Origin: a virus
Lineage: Duplodnaviria; Caudoviricetes
IMG/VR virus record: IMGVR_UViG_3300032332_001579
Coordinates: 1-38,715 of that record
Length of the DNA stretch: 38,715 bases
Direction: 5' to 3' (one strand)
The notes beneath the pieces were generated by a model. The model was not told the DNA's origin, did not search any database, and saw nothing but the letters and a program-made list of their open reading frames with translations. The stretch's first letter is position 1. Every line of letters starts with the position of its first letter. Both the position numbers and the translations under genes were made by a program. Positions 27,766-37,480 of the stretch are shown here, piece by piece.

Positions 27766-27814
27766 ATATGATTGATATTAATAACGAAACCTTGTTTTTA
27801 TCGGATGATAAAGT
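27765..27814 (+). repeat. 50-bp direct repeat copy 2 (actual queE start)
   Basis: Matches 26795-26844 with one A/G mismatch. Confidence 0.95.
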
Positions 27815-28526
27815 GTTCTATACCATAGAAGGAGAGGGTGAGTTTATCGGAGTACCTTCAGTATTCATGCGTATGTCTATGTGTAACTTGACTTGTATTG
27901 GCTTTGCATCAGAAGATGCACCCAATGGATGTGATTCGTTTATTTCGTGGTCTGTAAAGAATAAGATGACATTTGCAGAGATATTTCAGATGATGGAAGA
28001 GAATAGTTACACTAATCACTTAGCGCATAGTGCTATTTTAAAGCTCACTGGCGGAGAACCTCTTATTCAACAAAAGCAATTAATTAAATTTATTAGAGCA
28101 TTTATTGAGAGGTATAAGATTTTACCTCGTATTGATTTTGAAACAAACGCCACGTTAATGCCAGACCCTATATGGAAGAATGAATTTCTTGCAACGTTTA
28201 CCACATCACCAAAGCTTCGCTCAAACGGGGATCCAGAAGATAAGACATACAAACCAGAAGTTCTTAGTTGGCATTCAAAAAATAACTCCGGGTTTAAATT
28301 TGTAATCAATTCAGATGAAGATATTAAAGAGATTTGGGAAAAGTATGTAGAGGATAAAAATGATATCAATGTAGGTAAAGATCGTATTTGGTTTATGCCT
28401 TGTTGTGGTTCAAGAGAAGAGCATATTGAAAGAGCTACAGCTGTTGCTGAATATGCTAAAGCTATGCATGTTAACTTTTCTCCAAGATTACAATTGGTAA
28501 TCTGGGATAAAGCATTGAAAGTTTAG
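27768..28526 (+). CDS. queE: 7-carboxy-7-deazaguanine synthase (radical SAM)
   Basis: FYTIEGEG..G.PSVFMR..CNLTC..CDS, LTGGEPL, FETN, SPKL, KFVI, FMP, RLQLVIW. Confidence 0.9.
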   Translation: MIDINNETLFLSDDKVFYTIEGEGEFIGVPSVFMRMSMCNLTCIGFASEDAPNGCDSFISWSVKNKMTFAEIFQMMEENSYTNHLAHSAILKLTGGEPLIQQKQLIKFIRAFIERYKILPRIDFETNATLMPDPIWKNEFLATFTTSPKLRSNGDPEDKTYKPEVLSWHSKNNSGFKFVINSDEDIKEIWEKYVEDKNDINVGKDRIWFMPCCGSREEHIERATAVAEYAKAMHVNFSPRLQLVIWDKALKV

Positions 28527-28548
28527 TTGTCAGGGCTAATTAGCACAT

Positions 28549-29850
28549 ATGGCTTTAAAAATTAAAGAGTCGCAAGAATCTACAAACAACAATGTTTTTG
28601 AATATAGAGCAGTTAACACGGGATTGCCTTATATGCCGGCTCATATCCCTACACAACTTCCTACATATAGTTATGTCCAGGCGTATTCAATTAAAGTAGC
28701 AACACCTCCTCCAATAACAATGCCTGAAGCTAATTTGCCCAGAGCATTGAATTACTATGCAGATTATGGTGGTTGTGGTTTCTGGAGAATGATATGGCCA
28801 GAGTTTAGTTTAAATGCATATCAAAAAGCAGTTATTTCTGGTTTGACCTGTATGGTTTTAGATTTAAGATTTTATCAAGGATTAAAAGCTATTCGATTGC
28901 AAAGACAAGCCACGCCAGCTCAAAATGCTTTCGTAAAAGAATTAGTTAAAGCTAAGCCTCAATTAGGATATCGTTTGTTATATGAGGTCGATGATATAGT
29001 TTTTAGAGAAGATATTCCAGACTATAATAGATGTAAAGATGCTTTTGTAGATCAAAAAATTGTAGACAGTATTTTAGAAATCATGGGTATGATGGATGAA
29101 ATTACAGTTACTTGTCAATATATGAAAGATTATTATATTAACAAGACTGGTAATAAAAAGGTAACTGTTATTCCTAACTATCCTCCTAAGTTTTGGTTAG
29201 ATAGATTTTATAACGAACAGCGAATTGAGGAACTATATGAAAAGAATAAAAAGAGACCTAGAATTTTATATGCCGGCTCTGGAACTCATATAGATGTATT
29301 AAATCGTACTGGATCGAATGATGATTTCGGTCATGTGGTTGATTCAATCATTAAAGCTCGTAAGAAATTTAAATTTGTTTGGAAAGGATGTTATCCTTTA
29401 GCTGTTAAGCCTTTTATTGATAATGGTGAGATGGAATATATTGATTGGTCATCTTTACACGATTATCCTCGAGGTTTAGTAAATGCTAACTGTAATGCAG
29501 TCATGGCTCCTTTAGTTGATAATGTCTTTAATAAATCAAAGAGCAATATTAAAATGGTTGAAGCTGGAGCATTAGGAATGCCAGGCGCTTATCAAGACCT
29601 TTGCACCTATCAAGGAGCAGATTATAATTTTAAGAATGGAGATGATTTAATAGATCAATTGTCTCATATAACATCAGACTTTGATAGATATATGAGATTA
29701 TCTTCTAAGAGTAGAAAATGGGTAGAAACACTTTGGCTCGAAGATCATTTAGATGAATACGAGGCCCTCTATTTTACAGAATGGGGCTCAAAAGAAAGAG
29801 CAGAGAAAAGTTCGTTGTTGATTTCCAATAATCCTGATCAGAAAATATAA
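28549..29850 (+). CDS. GT-B-like glycosyltransferase
   Basis: GGCGFWRMIWP, LQRQ, YEVDD, VIPNY, RILYAGS..H, APLVDNVFNKSKSNIKMVEAGALG. Confidence 0.7.
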   Translation: MALKIKESQESTNNNVFEYRAVNTGLPYMPAHIPTQLPTYSYVQAYSIKVATPPPITMPEANLPRALNYYADYGGCGFWRMIWPEFSLNAYQKAVISGLTCMVLDLRFYQGLKAIRLQRQATPAQNAFVKELVKAKPQLGYRLLYEVDDIVFREDIPDYNRCKDAFVDQKIVDSILEIMGMMDEITVTCQYMKDYYINKTGNKKVTVIPNYPPKFWLDRFYNEQRIEELYEKNKKRPRILYAGSGTHIDVLNRTGSNDDFGHVVDSIIKARKKFKFVWKGCYPLAVKPFIDNGEMEYIDWSSLHDYPRGLVNANCNAVMAPLVDNVFNKSKSNIKMVEAGALGMPGAYQDLCTYQGADYNFKNGDDLIDQLSHITSDFDRYMRLSSKSRKWVETLWLEDHLDEYEALYFTEWGSKERAEKSSLLISNNPDQKI

Positions 29851-29853
29851 ATT

Positions 29854-32427
29854 GTGTCTTATCGCAATGTTTATTATGATGGTCGTCGTCAGGTAGTACA
29901 CCTGTGGACTTGGGATGAAAATGGCAACAGAGTCAAACTGGAGTCTAGCCATGAACCTTCTATATACATAGAATCCGCTAGTGTAAAAGATGCTACATCT
30001 ATTTTTAACACTCCTCTAAAAAAGGTATCGTTTAAAAACCAATTTGAAAGGAATAAATTTGTTTCAGAGACACCTATTAAAAGGTTATTTGGTAATTTAA
30101 GCTGTGAACAGCAGTTTTTGTTAAATACTTTTAAGGATGAAATTGATAAACCAGAATTTACTAAAAATCCTTTAAAGATATTTTTCTTGGACATTGAAAC
30201 ATATTCTCCAAATGAATTTCCGCAGCCGGAGATAGCTAAAGATCCTATTAATCTAATTACTTTATACAATACATTAGATGGAAAATATTATACATGGGGA
30301 CTTAAACCTCACAAATCAGAGAAACCAGATGAGGTTTATTTTTATTGTAAAAAAGAAACAGAACTTTTACAAAAATTCTTAGAATTTTGGGAGCAAGACC
30401 CACCAGATGTTTTAGCAACATGGAATGGTGAAGGATTTGATATTCCTTATATTATGAATCGTCTCCATAAGCTTTTCGGAGAAGAAGATGCTGCTCGTTT
30501 GTCTCCAATTAATACATTGTATTACCGAGAAAATGTTGCGATGAATAAATTCGGTAAGATGATTAATCGCTGGTATATACGCGGAGTTAGTAACATTGAT
30601 TACATGGAAGTGTATAAAACATTTTCACGAGGAGATAGAGAGTCTTATTCATTGGGTTATATTGGAGAATATGAATTGAAAGAGGGTAAAACCAATATTG
30701 GAGCCACTAGTCTTGCTACTTTGTCAGATACCAACTGGGATGATTTTGTTACATACAACATTCAAGACGTGAGATTGTTAGTTAAATTAGATGAAAAATT
30801 AAAATTCCTTAAATTGATTAGGACCTTGTCTTACAAAGGATTTATTCCTTTTGAGCAGTCGTTAGGCAAAGTCTCAATGATTACAGGTGCGGTAGCCCAT
30901 CAAGCATTAAAACAAGGATATATTATTCCTACATTTAAAAATGATGGGATTAGAGATGAATATGTCGGTGGATATGTACATGAACCAGAAAGGGGTCTGT
31001 CTAAATCGGTTGTTAGCTTCGATGCCAATAGTCTATATCCCAACACCATCATTACATTGAATATTTCACCAGAGACTAAAATTGGTAAGATATTGGAAAT
31101 TAACGGAGATGAATATACTTTAAAATTGGCTAATGAAAAAACTGTTGTACTGGCTAAAGATAAATTTGAAAGGTTGATACAGAAAGAACAATTATCAGTT
31201 TCAAGATACAACGTACTTTATACTCAAAAGTTTAAAGGAGTGATTCCTAGTCTTATTGATCGTTTATATGCAGAGAGAGTTGAAGCTCGTTCTAAAATGA
31301 ATGATAACAAGAAAAAGCTTAGAACAATTAAAGATCCTATTGAAAAAGAAAAGGTTAAAGATGAAATTCTTAATCTAGATACGCAACAAAACGTATATAA
31401 ATTAGTTTTGAATTCAATTTATGGAGTTTTCGCACAAAAATATTCACCTCTTTTTGATATTGATCACTCGGCTAGTATTACAGTGACCGGACAGAACGTA
31501 GCAAAACAGGCAGCAGATATTGTTTATGAGTTTGCCAAGACTAAAGGCTATACTGGAGGCAAAGAGAAAATTTATCTATACGGTGATACAGATTCTACAT
31601 ACTTTTCAGTAGAACCTATTTTAAAGCATTTAAATATAGAGTTAACAAAAGAAGGTAAAATTACAGAAGAAGCCAGATCAGTCATTAAAGAGATTGATGA
31701 CCATCTTAATACCGAAATTATTAATTGGGGCAGACAAGAATTAAAATCTATAGATCCTCGATTCGTATTCAAGCATGAGACTACTTGCGACGTAGCTCTC
31801 TTTATGGAAAAAAAGAGATACATTTTACACATTTTAGAATCAGAAGGCAATATCCCAAGTAAACCTTTTAAATATGTTGGTGTAGAAGTTGCAAAATCCT
31901 CTGTATCAGAGCCTGTTAAATGTTTAATTCGTAGTGTGATTGAATCAGCAATGCTATCTTTAGATCAAAACAAGTCAAACAACATATTCAGAGATGCCTA
32001 TGAGAAATTTAAATCGATGCCAGTCGACTATGTTGCATTACGTAGCAAGATATCAGACATAGAAAAGTATGAAAGCCGTCTTGGACCACACGGTGAGATT
32101 GGAAAGGGTACACCTATTCATGCAAGGAGTGCATTACATTTCAACCATTTATTGAAGCATTTTAATATTGAAACCAAATATGAAGCGATAATCAGTGGTA
32201 TTAAAATCAAATACTTTTATACTTCTAAAAATCCTTTTAATTATAGATCAATAGCGTTCATAGACAGGTTTCCAACAGAATTAGAATCTAAAATACAACC
32301 AAACTATCAATTAATGTTTGACAAGTTGGTAGCTCCTCCTATTGAAAGAGTTTATGATTGTATAGGGTGGAGATTACCTCAAACGGGTATGGAAGTACAA
32401 ACAGATTTATTTGATTTATTTTCTTGA
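29854..32427 (+). CDS. family B DNA polymerase (T4 gp43-like)
   Basis: Exonuclease DIET, WNGEGFDIPY, YNIQD; polymerase SFDANSLYP, KLVLNSIYG, YGDTDS, KKRY. Confidence 0.95.
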   Translation: MSYRNVYYDGRRQVVHLWTWDENGNRVKLESSHEPSIYIESASVKDATSIFNTPLKKVSFKNQFERNKFVSETPIKRLFGNLSCEQQFLLNTFKDEIDKPEFTKNPLKIFFLDIETYSPNEFPQPEIAKDPINLITLYNTLDGKYYTWGLKPHKSEKPDEVYFYCKKETELLQKFLEFWEQDPPDVLATWNGEGFDIPYIMNRLHKLFGEEDAARLSPINTLYYRENVAMNKFGKMINRWYIRGVSNIDYMEVYKTFSRGDRESYSLGYIGEYELKEGKTNIGATSLATLSDTNWDDFVTYNIQDVRLLVKLDEKLKFLKLIRTLSYKGFIPFEQSLGKVSMITGAVAHQALKQGYIIPTFKNDGIRDEYVGGYVHEPERGLSKSVVSFDANSLYPNTIITLNISPETKIGKILEINGDEYTLKLANEKTVVLAKDKFERLIQKEQLSVSRYNVLYTQKFKGVIPSLIDRLYAERVEARSKMNDNKKKLRTIKDPIEKEKVKDEILNLDTQQNVYKLVLNSIYGVFAQKYSPLFDIDHSASITVTGQNVAKQAADIVYEFAKTKGYTGGKEKIYLYGDTDSTYFSVEPILKHLNIELTKEGKITEEARSVIKEIDDHLNTEIINWGRQELKSIDPRFVFKHETTCDVALFMEKKRYILHILESEGNIPSKPFKYVGVEVAKSSVSEPVKCLIRSVIESAMLSLDQNKSNNIFRDAYEKFKSMPVDYVALRSKISDIEKYESRLGPHGEIGKGTPIHARSALHFNHLLKHFNIETKYEAIISGIKIKYFYTSKNPFNYRSIAFIDRFPTELESKIQPNYQLMFDKLVAPPIERVYDCIGWRLPQTGMEVQTDLFDLFS

Positions 32428-32461
32428 CAGTTTCGTTTTTTTTAATAGAATTATAAAACTT

Positions 32462-33310
32462 ATGTTAATAGCACATGAAGCACCACTAAAAATAATGGAT
32501 AAAGTTCAGACAATTACCGATTACGATTATTGTCTAGTTCATCTTTTAGATGAAAGTGAACCTTATAGGGAGTTTTTCTTTAATGCCAAGAAAAACGGTA
32601 GACGCATTATCATGGATTGTAGCACCTATGAACTAGGACATTCATATGATTGGGACAAATACTTTGATTGGGTAGTTAAACTACAACCAGATGAATACAT
32701 AATACCGGACGTTTTCCAAGATATGGAAAACAATTTTGAAAGCTTTGAAAACTTTTTAACATCTTTTCCAACTCATATGATACCAAGTAAACGAATTGGT
32801 GTTATACAGGGCACTAGCTATGAGGAAATGGTTGAATCTTATAAATTCATGACCGAACAAGCAGATAAAATTGCTATTAGTTTTGGTTATAACTATTTTT
32901 GGGAACAGGAAAAAAGTAGTTTAGATGATGTTGATGAAAATACTATTAAAACAGAGTATATGCCTAAAGCCTACAGTGTAGGTAGATTCAATCTTTTGAA
33001 TAGGTTCATAGAAGATGGTGTCATTGATTATCACAAAAAACATCATCTTTTAGGATGTGGTACTCCTACGGAATTTTGGAATTATGGTAAAGACAAGGAT
33101 CGTTACAGATATTCTTTTGTTGAATCAATAGACACATCGCATCCAGTAATTGCCGGATTTTTTAATTTGGATTACGATGATCAAATTAATACTATTACAA
33201 AACGCCCAGAGAAAATGGTAGATATCTTTAATGATGAGGTGTCTCTAGAACAATGGTCTACTATTGAATCAAACGTTAAAACCTTTAAGAAGAACATTTT
33301 ATGCCTGTAA
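32462..33310 (+). CDS. divergent TGT/DpdA-like TIM-barrel protein (candidate 7-deazaguanine DNA transglycosylase)
   Basis: IIMDCSTYELG (cf. TGT DSGG), IIPDV, IGVIQG, HHLLG, SIDTS; queC/D/E in the same window; ATG 32462 follows TTGACA-N16-TAGAAT (32424-32451). Confidence 0.6.
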   Translation: MLIAHEAPLKIMDKVQTITDYDYCLVHLLDESEPYREFFFNAKKNGRRIIMDCSTYELGHSYDWDKYFDWVVKLQPDEYIIPDVFQDMENNFESFENFLTSFPTHMIPSKRIGVIQGTSYEEMVESYKFMTEQADKIAISFGYNYFWEQEKSSLDDVDENTIKTEYMPKAYSVGRFNLLNRFIEDGVIDYHKKHHLLGCGTPTEFWNYGKDKDRYRYSFVESIDTSHPVIAGFFNLDYDDQINTITKRPEKMVDIFNDEVSLEQWSTIESNVKTFKKNILCL

Positions 33311-33954
33311 AATTAATCAGCGTCTCACAACCACTTATTGAAGGGTTACTTAATGCAGAAGATTTAATCTGCTATTGTGCTAGGGTTTCAAACCCGTCTA
33401 ATCAAATGAACACAGAAACAGCTCCGAAGTTGTTAAAATATTTGATAAAACATAAACATTGGTCACCATTTGAAATGGTTTCTGCTACGTTTGAAATAAC
33501 AACATCTAGAGCCATAGCAGCTCAAATTTTAAGACACCGCAGTTTTAGTTTCCAAGAGTTTAGTCAAAGATATAGCAAAGCAACAGAATTACATTCTTTT
33601 GATATACGTAAACAAGCAGAAAAAAACCGTCAATCAAGTACAGAAATGTTAGATTTGACACCCGAAGAAGTTAAATCTATTGAGGAATATCTTAAAGATG
33701 GAGTTTCATTGTATGAAAATCTTTTGAATAAAGGAGCAGCTAAAGAATGTGCTCGTATGATGTTACCTCTTTGTACAGAAACCAATCTATATATGGCGGG
33801 TAATATAAGAAGTTGGATACATTATTTAGATTTACGCACCCAACCAGACACTCAATTAGAACATAGAGAAATTGCTTTAGATATTAAAGATATCTTTACA
33901 AAGATATTTCCTAATGTATCTTCTGCTTTAGAGTGGATAAATCCCGTTGATTAA
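33301..33954 (+). CDS. thyX: flavin-dependent thymidylate synthase
   Basis: ARVS, HWSPFE, RHRSFSFQEFSQRY signature, AKECARMMLP, NIRSWIHY. Confidence 0.95.
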   Translation: MPVKLISVSQPLIEGLLNAEDLICYCARVSNPSNQMNTETAPKLLKYLIKHKHWSPFEMVSATFEITTSRAIAAQILRHRSFSFQEFSQRYSKATELHSFDIRKQAEKNRQSSTEMLDLTPEEVKSIEEYLKDGVSLYENLLNKGAAKECARMMLPLCTETNLYMAGNIRSWIHYLDLRTQPDTQLEHREIALDIKDIFTKIFPNVSSALEWINPVD

Positions 33955-33974
33955 TTTAAACTATAAACTATAAT
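33947..33974 (+). promoter_or_regulatory. sigma70-like promoter
   Basis: TTGATT-N16-TATAAT, 7 nt before ATG 33982. Confidence 0.6.
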
Positions 33975-33981
33975 ATATCAT

Positions 33982-34395
33982 ATGAGTAATAAACCAAATA
34001 ACAACATCGTAGCCATTTTAGATGCAGTTGGACGCACTATTGTTGGTGAATTAAATGAAGAAAAAACCAACGACCAAGTACTTGGACTTAAAAATCCAGT
34101 AGTGTTGCATATTGTACCACAAGATCAAAACGGTCGCATGTCGGTACAATTGCTTCCTCTTTTCTTCAGGGAATTTTTAGCAGACAAATCCGGTGATGCA
34201 ACCTTTGAATATAAGAAAAACTATGTTACCGATATTTCTGTTGATGCATTAGATTTCCGTTTACAGGCTCAATACAGCCAATTATTCAATAAGAGTAATA
34301 CGTTTGTGGCACCTCAAACAATCGGTGGCCAATCTCAAGCACCTGTTACACAGAATAACGATTCCAGTTCTGTGATTAACCTCTTTGATGAATAA
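33982..34395 (+). CDS. hypothetical protein
   Basis: 137 aa, beta-rich N-terminus, C-terminal VINLFDE. Confidence 0.65.
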   Translation: MSNKPNNNIVAILDAVGRTIVGELNEEKTNDQVLGLKNPVVLHIVPQDQNGRMSVQLLPLFFREFLADKSGDATFEYKKNYVTDISVDALDFRLQAQYSQLFNKSNTFVAPQTIGGQSQAPVTQNNDSSSVINLFDE

Positions 34396-34400
34396 TCTGT

Positions 34401-35576
34401 ATGGCAAAAAATAAAGAATATTCAGCAGATGTATCTGCAGCATTTAAGGTTTTAGATGATCTCAATCCAGATGCATCTTTTTTAGATCAAAATACTCTAT
34501 CACAGGTTAGTTCTTGGATTGATACTGGATGTTTAGCTTTAAATGCTATCATCAGTGGTTCCTTGTATGGTGGAATTCCGTCTGGGAGACTGACCGGTTT
34601 TAGTGGTCCTCAAGCTTGTGGCAAAACCTATATTATCAATAAGATTATAGCTAATGCTCAAAAGCAAGGTAGGTATGCAGTTGTTTTTGATACAGAAAAT
34701 GCGGTTGATAAGGATACCGCTTCATCTTTAGGGTGTGATCCTTCTAAAATTAAATATTGTCCAGTTGAAACCGTGGAGCAATGTCGTAATCAAGTGTCTG
34801 CCTTTTTAGATTCTGTTATTGAAAAAAATCTTAAGGGTAAATTTATTATAGCCATTGATTCTCTTGGCAATCTAGTTTCAACCAAAGAGATGAATGACGT
34901 AGCTGCTGGTAAAGACGCTATGGATATGGGTACTCGAGCCAAAGGTTTAAAGAGTATGATGAGAGTTTTGACTTTGAAAGCTGCTAAAGCAGATACACCA
35001 GTCATATTTTCAAATCACATTTATGCCAATCCGGCAGATATGTATCCTTCTTTGGTTAAACAACAATCAGGAGGATCTGGTCCTTTGTATCTAGCTTCTG
35101 TTTTGGTACAGATGGCAGTTAAGAATGAAAAGTCTTCTGGAGGTCAAAATTCTAGTAGAGATGCTGTTGAAGACATTGCACCAATGGCAAAAGACATTAA
35201 CGGTATTACACTCCGTATGTTGACAATTAAAAATCGATTTGCTCCTCCTTTTTTGGAAGTTGAGTCTTATTTAAACTTCCGTTCTGGGTTAGGCAAATAT
35301 TCTGGTCTTCTAGATCTGGCACTCGGTTATGGTGTAGTAGTTCAAAACGGACCTACATTTGCTTTTGCAGATGGTACCAAATTAGGATATTATAAAAATT
35401 GGAGACAAGATGAAGAAATTTGGGAGAATAAAATTCTTCCGGAATTAGAGAAAAAACTTCAAACTGAGTTAAAATATAAAAAAGAAAGTGCAGTAGAACA
35501 ACCTACTGAACAACCTACTGAACAACCTATAGAAGAAGAGGACGAACAAGATGTTTCAATCGACGAAAATAATTGA
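34401..35576 (+). CDS. uvsX: RecA-like recombinase (UvsX)
   Basis: IDTGCLALNAIISGSL.GG, GPQACGKT, FDTE, IDSLGNL, NH, SGG, KNRF. Confidence 0.92.
   Translation: MAKNKEYSADVSAAFKVLDDLNPDASFLDQNTLSQVSSWIDTGCLALNAIISGSLYGGIPSGRLTGFSGPQACGKTYIINKIIANAQKQGRYAVVFDTENAVDKDTASSLGCDPSKIKYCPVETVEQCRNQVSAFLDSVIEKNLKGKFIIAIDSLGNLVSTKEMNDVAAGKDAMDMGTRAKGLKSMMRVLTLKAAKADTPVIFSNHIYANPADMYPSLVKQQSGGSGPLYLASVLVQMAVKNEKSSGGQNSSRDAVEDIAPMAKDINGITLRMLTIKNRFAPPFLEVESYLNFRSGLGKYSGLLDLALGYGVVVQNGPTFAFADGTKLGYYKNWRQDEEIWENKILPELEKKLQTELKYKKESAVEQPTEQPTEQPIEEEDEQDVSIDENN
35496..35529 (+). repeat. 12-bp tandem repeat (GAACAACCTACT x2.8) in the UvsX tail
   Basis: Encodes EQPT-EQPT-EQPI. Confidence 0.85.
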
Positions 35577-36039
35577 ACTAGGATCATGTGCTTTTAGACA
35601 ACCTAAAGCAACATCCCATTGTAGACATATTCACGGGTATAGATTGCAAGCTAAGATTTGGTTTGCATGTATAGAATTGGATGAACATAATTGGGTGACT
35701 GATTTTGGTGGTTTAAAAGAATTAAAAACTGATCTTGAAGAAATATTTGACCATACATTGGTGATTAGTAAATCAGACCCTTGCTTATCTCTTTTCAAGG
35801 ATCTAGCAGCAGCTGATGCTGCTAGGCTAATTGTTATGGATGGAGTTGGTATAGAGAAATTTGCACAGAAAGTTTTTGATATGTCTGATTCTTTTATCAA
35901 GAAAAAGACCTTAGAAAGAGTTTGGGTAGAGAAAGTAGAGGTATGGGAGCATGAAAAGAATTCAGCAATGTATCTTAAACCAGAAGCTCCAGTTTTTGCA
36001 ATTTCTCAGACTTTTAATCACGGTCCTACTATTCTTTAA
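35551..36039 (+). CDS. queD: 6-carboxytetrahydropterin synthase
   Basis: HCRHIHGY, WVTDFGGLK, FDHT, GIEKFA, VEVWEHEKNSA. Confidence 0.85.
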   Translation: MFQSTKIIELGSCAFRQPKATSHCRHIHGYRLQAKIWFACIELDEHNWVTDFGGLKELKTDLEEIFDHTLVISKSDPCLSLFKDLAAADAARLIVMDGVGIEKFAQKVFDMSDSFIKKKTLERVWVEKVEVWEHEKNSAMYLKPEAPVFAISQTFNHGPTIL

Positions 36040-36068
36040 TTGATTTTTAATTGAAGAATAGTTATAAT
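36040..36068 (+). promoter_or_regulatory. sigma70-like promoter of the gp41 gene
   Basis: TTGATT-N17-TATAAT, 6 nt before an in-frame GTG at 36075. Confidence 0.6.
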
Positions 36069-36074
36069 AAGGCT

Positions 36075-37457
36075 GTGATAAAGTCTTTAGCTCTAGACAC
36101 TTCTCTATTTGAGAAGGTGATTATTTACAATGCTTTGATGGATCCTCTTTATCTAGAGAGTATTGTACACCATGCTAAACCTTCTTATTTTGAGAACACT
36201 AATATTCGTTCAGTGTTTGAATCGTTGAATGATTTCTACCAAGTTCATGGTAAAGTTCCTAATGTCACAGAGTTAAAAGTACATTTGACAGACCCAGATA
36301 AACGTAATGCTCTCAAACAAGTCGCATTAGGATTTGCTGACATTGATAAATCTTACGATAAAGATGTTTTACTCACAAATACTGAAAGGTTTTTAAAAGA
36401 AAAGGCAGTCTATAATACCGTATTAAAGACTTCTATAGATGTTCAATCTGGTCATATTGACACATCAAAGATTTTAGCAGAGTTTGAGGCAGCTTGTGGT
36501 ATTAATTTAGTTGAAGATTATGGATTTGACTATTTTGAAGGCATAGACAGGCATTGTGACGACCTACAAAAAGTATTTAAAGTAATACCTTCAGGATGGA
36601 AATGGCTTGATGATCGCATTGGAGGAGGATTTTTAACTGAAGGTAGGTCATTATATGTGTTTTATGGAGTCACGAACGTTGGTAAATCGATTTTTTTAGG
36701 TAATATAACGACCAACATATTAAGTCAAAACAAAACAGTTGTCTTAATATCTTTAGAAATGTCTGAACAGATATATGCTAAACGTATCAGTTCTCAGCTA
36801 TCACGTATACCTATGGGTGATCTGTCGATGCAGATTGAACCTTTAAAACAAGAAATCAACACTTATAAGCTTAAACATAGCGATGCAAAGCTTATTATTA
36901 AAGAATTTCCTCCTAAAACTGTTACCCCTTTACAAATTAAGGCTTATATAGAAAAATTAGTTCGTAAAGGCATTAAACCAGATGCCATAGTTTTAGATTA
37001 CCTTAATCTTTTGGCTCCTGTTGATAAGGGTATGAATTCTTATGAAGGTATTAAGCAAATTACAGAGTTGGTAAGGGCTTTATCCTATCATTTTAGTTGT
37101 CCAGTTATATCAGCAACTCAAGCAAATCGGACAGCATATGAGCAAAATAACCCAGGATTGGAAACTATTAGTGAGTCTATGGGTCTTGCACATACAGCAG
37201 ATGCTCAATTCTCAATTTGGACGGAAGAGGAAGATTTTGAATTAGGTATCATACATTTAGGCATTACTAAAAATAGATTTGGTCCGAGACAGTGTCATAC
37301 AGTATTGGAAATAGATTACCCAACATTAACCCTTAGAGATCCAGACAGTGTATCACAATCTTTTACTTCACAGCGTAGAAACATACCAGGCGAAATACAA
37401 AGTATAGCAAGCACCTTAAATGCAATTGAAAACCTTGACGAAAGTGGTGACAAATAA
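36075..37457 (+). CDS. replicative DnaB-like helicase (T4 gp41-like)
   Basis: GVTNVGKS, ISLEMSE, IKEFP, LDYLNL, SATQANR, SESMGL..TAD, KNRFG; start placed at GTG 36075 from promoter spacing (ORF track gives TTG 36051). Confidence 0.93.
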   Translation: MIKSLALDTSLFEKVIIYNALMDPLYLESIVHHAKPSYFENTNIRSVFESLNDFYQVHGKVPNVTELKVHLTDPDKRNALKQVALGFADIDKSYDKDVLLTNTERFLKEKAVYNTVLKTSIDVQSGHIDTSKILAEFEAACGINLVEDYGFDYFEGIDRHCDDLQKVFKVIPSGWKWLDDRIGGGFLTEGRSLYVFYGVTNVGKSIFLGNITTNILSQNKTVVLISLEMSEQIYAKRISSQLSRIPMGDLSMQIEPLKQEINTYKLKHSDAKLIIKEFPPKTVTPLQIKAYIEKLVRKGIKPDAIVLDYLNLLAPVDKGMNSYEGIKQITELVRALSYHFSCPVISATQANRTAYEQNNPGLETISESMGLAHTADAQFSIWTEEEDFELGIIHLGITKNRFGPRQCHTVLEIDYPTLTLRDPDSVSQSFTSQRRNIPGEIQSIASTLNAIENLDESGDK

Positions 37458-37480
37458 CAAGTTACCATTAAATATATGAG

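Noticed and set aside
29854-37457. Inteins or introns in the polymerase, ThyX, UvsX or gp41
   Set aside because: Lengths are normal, motifs are contiguous and no Hint motifs were seen.
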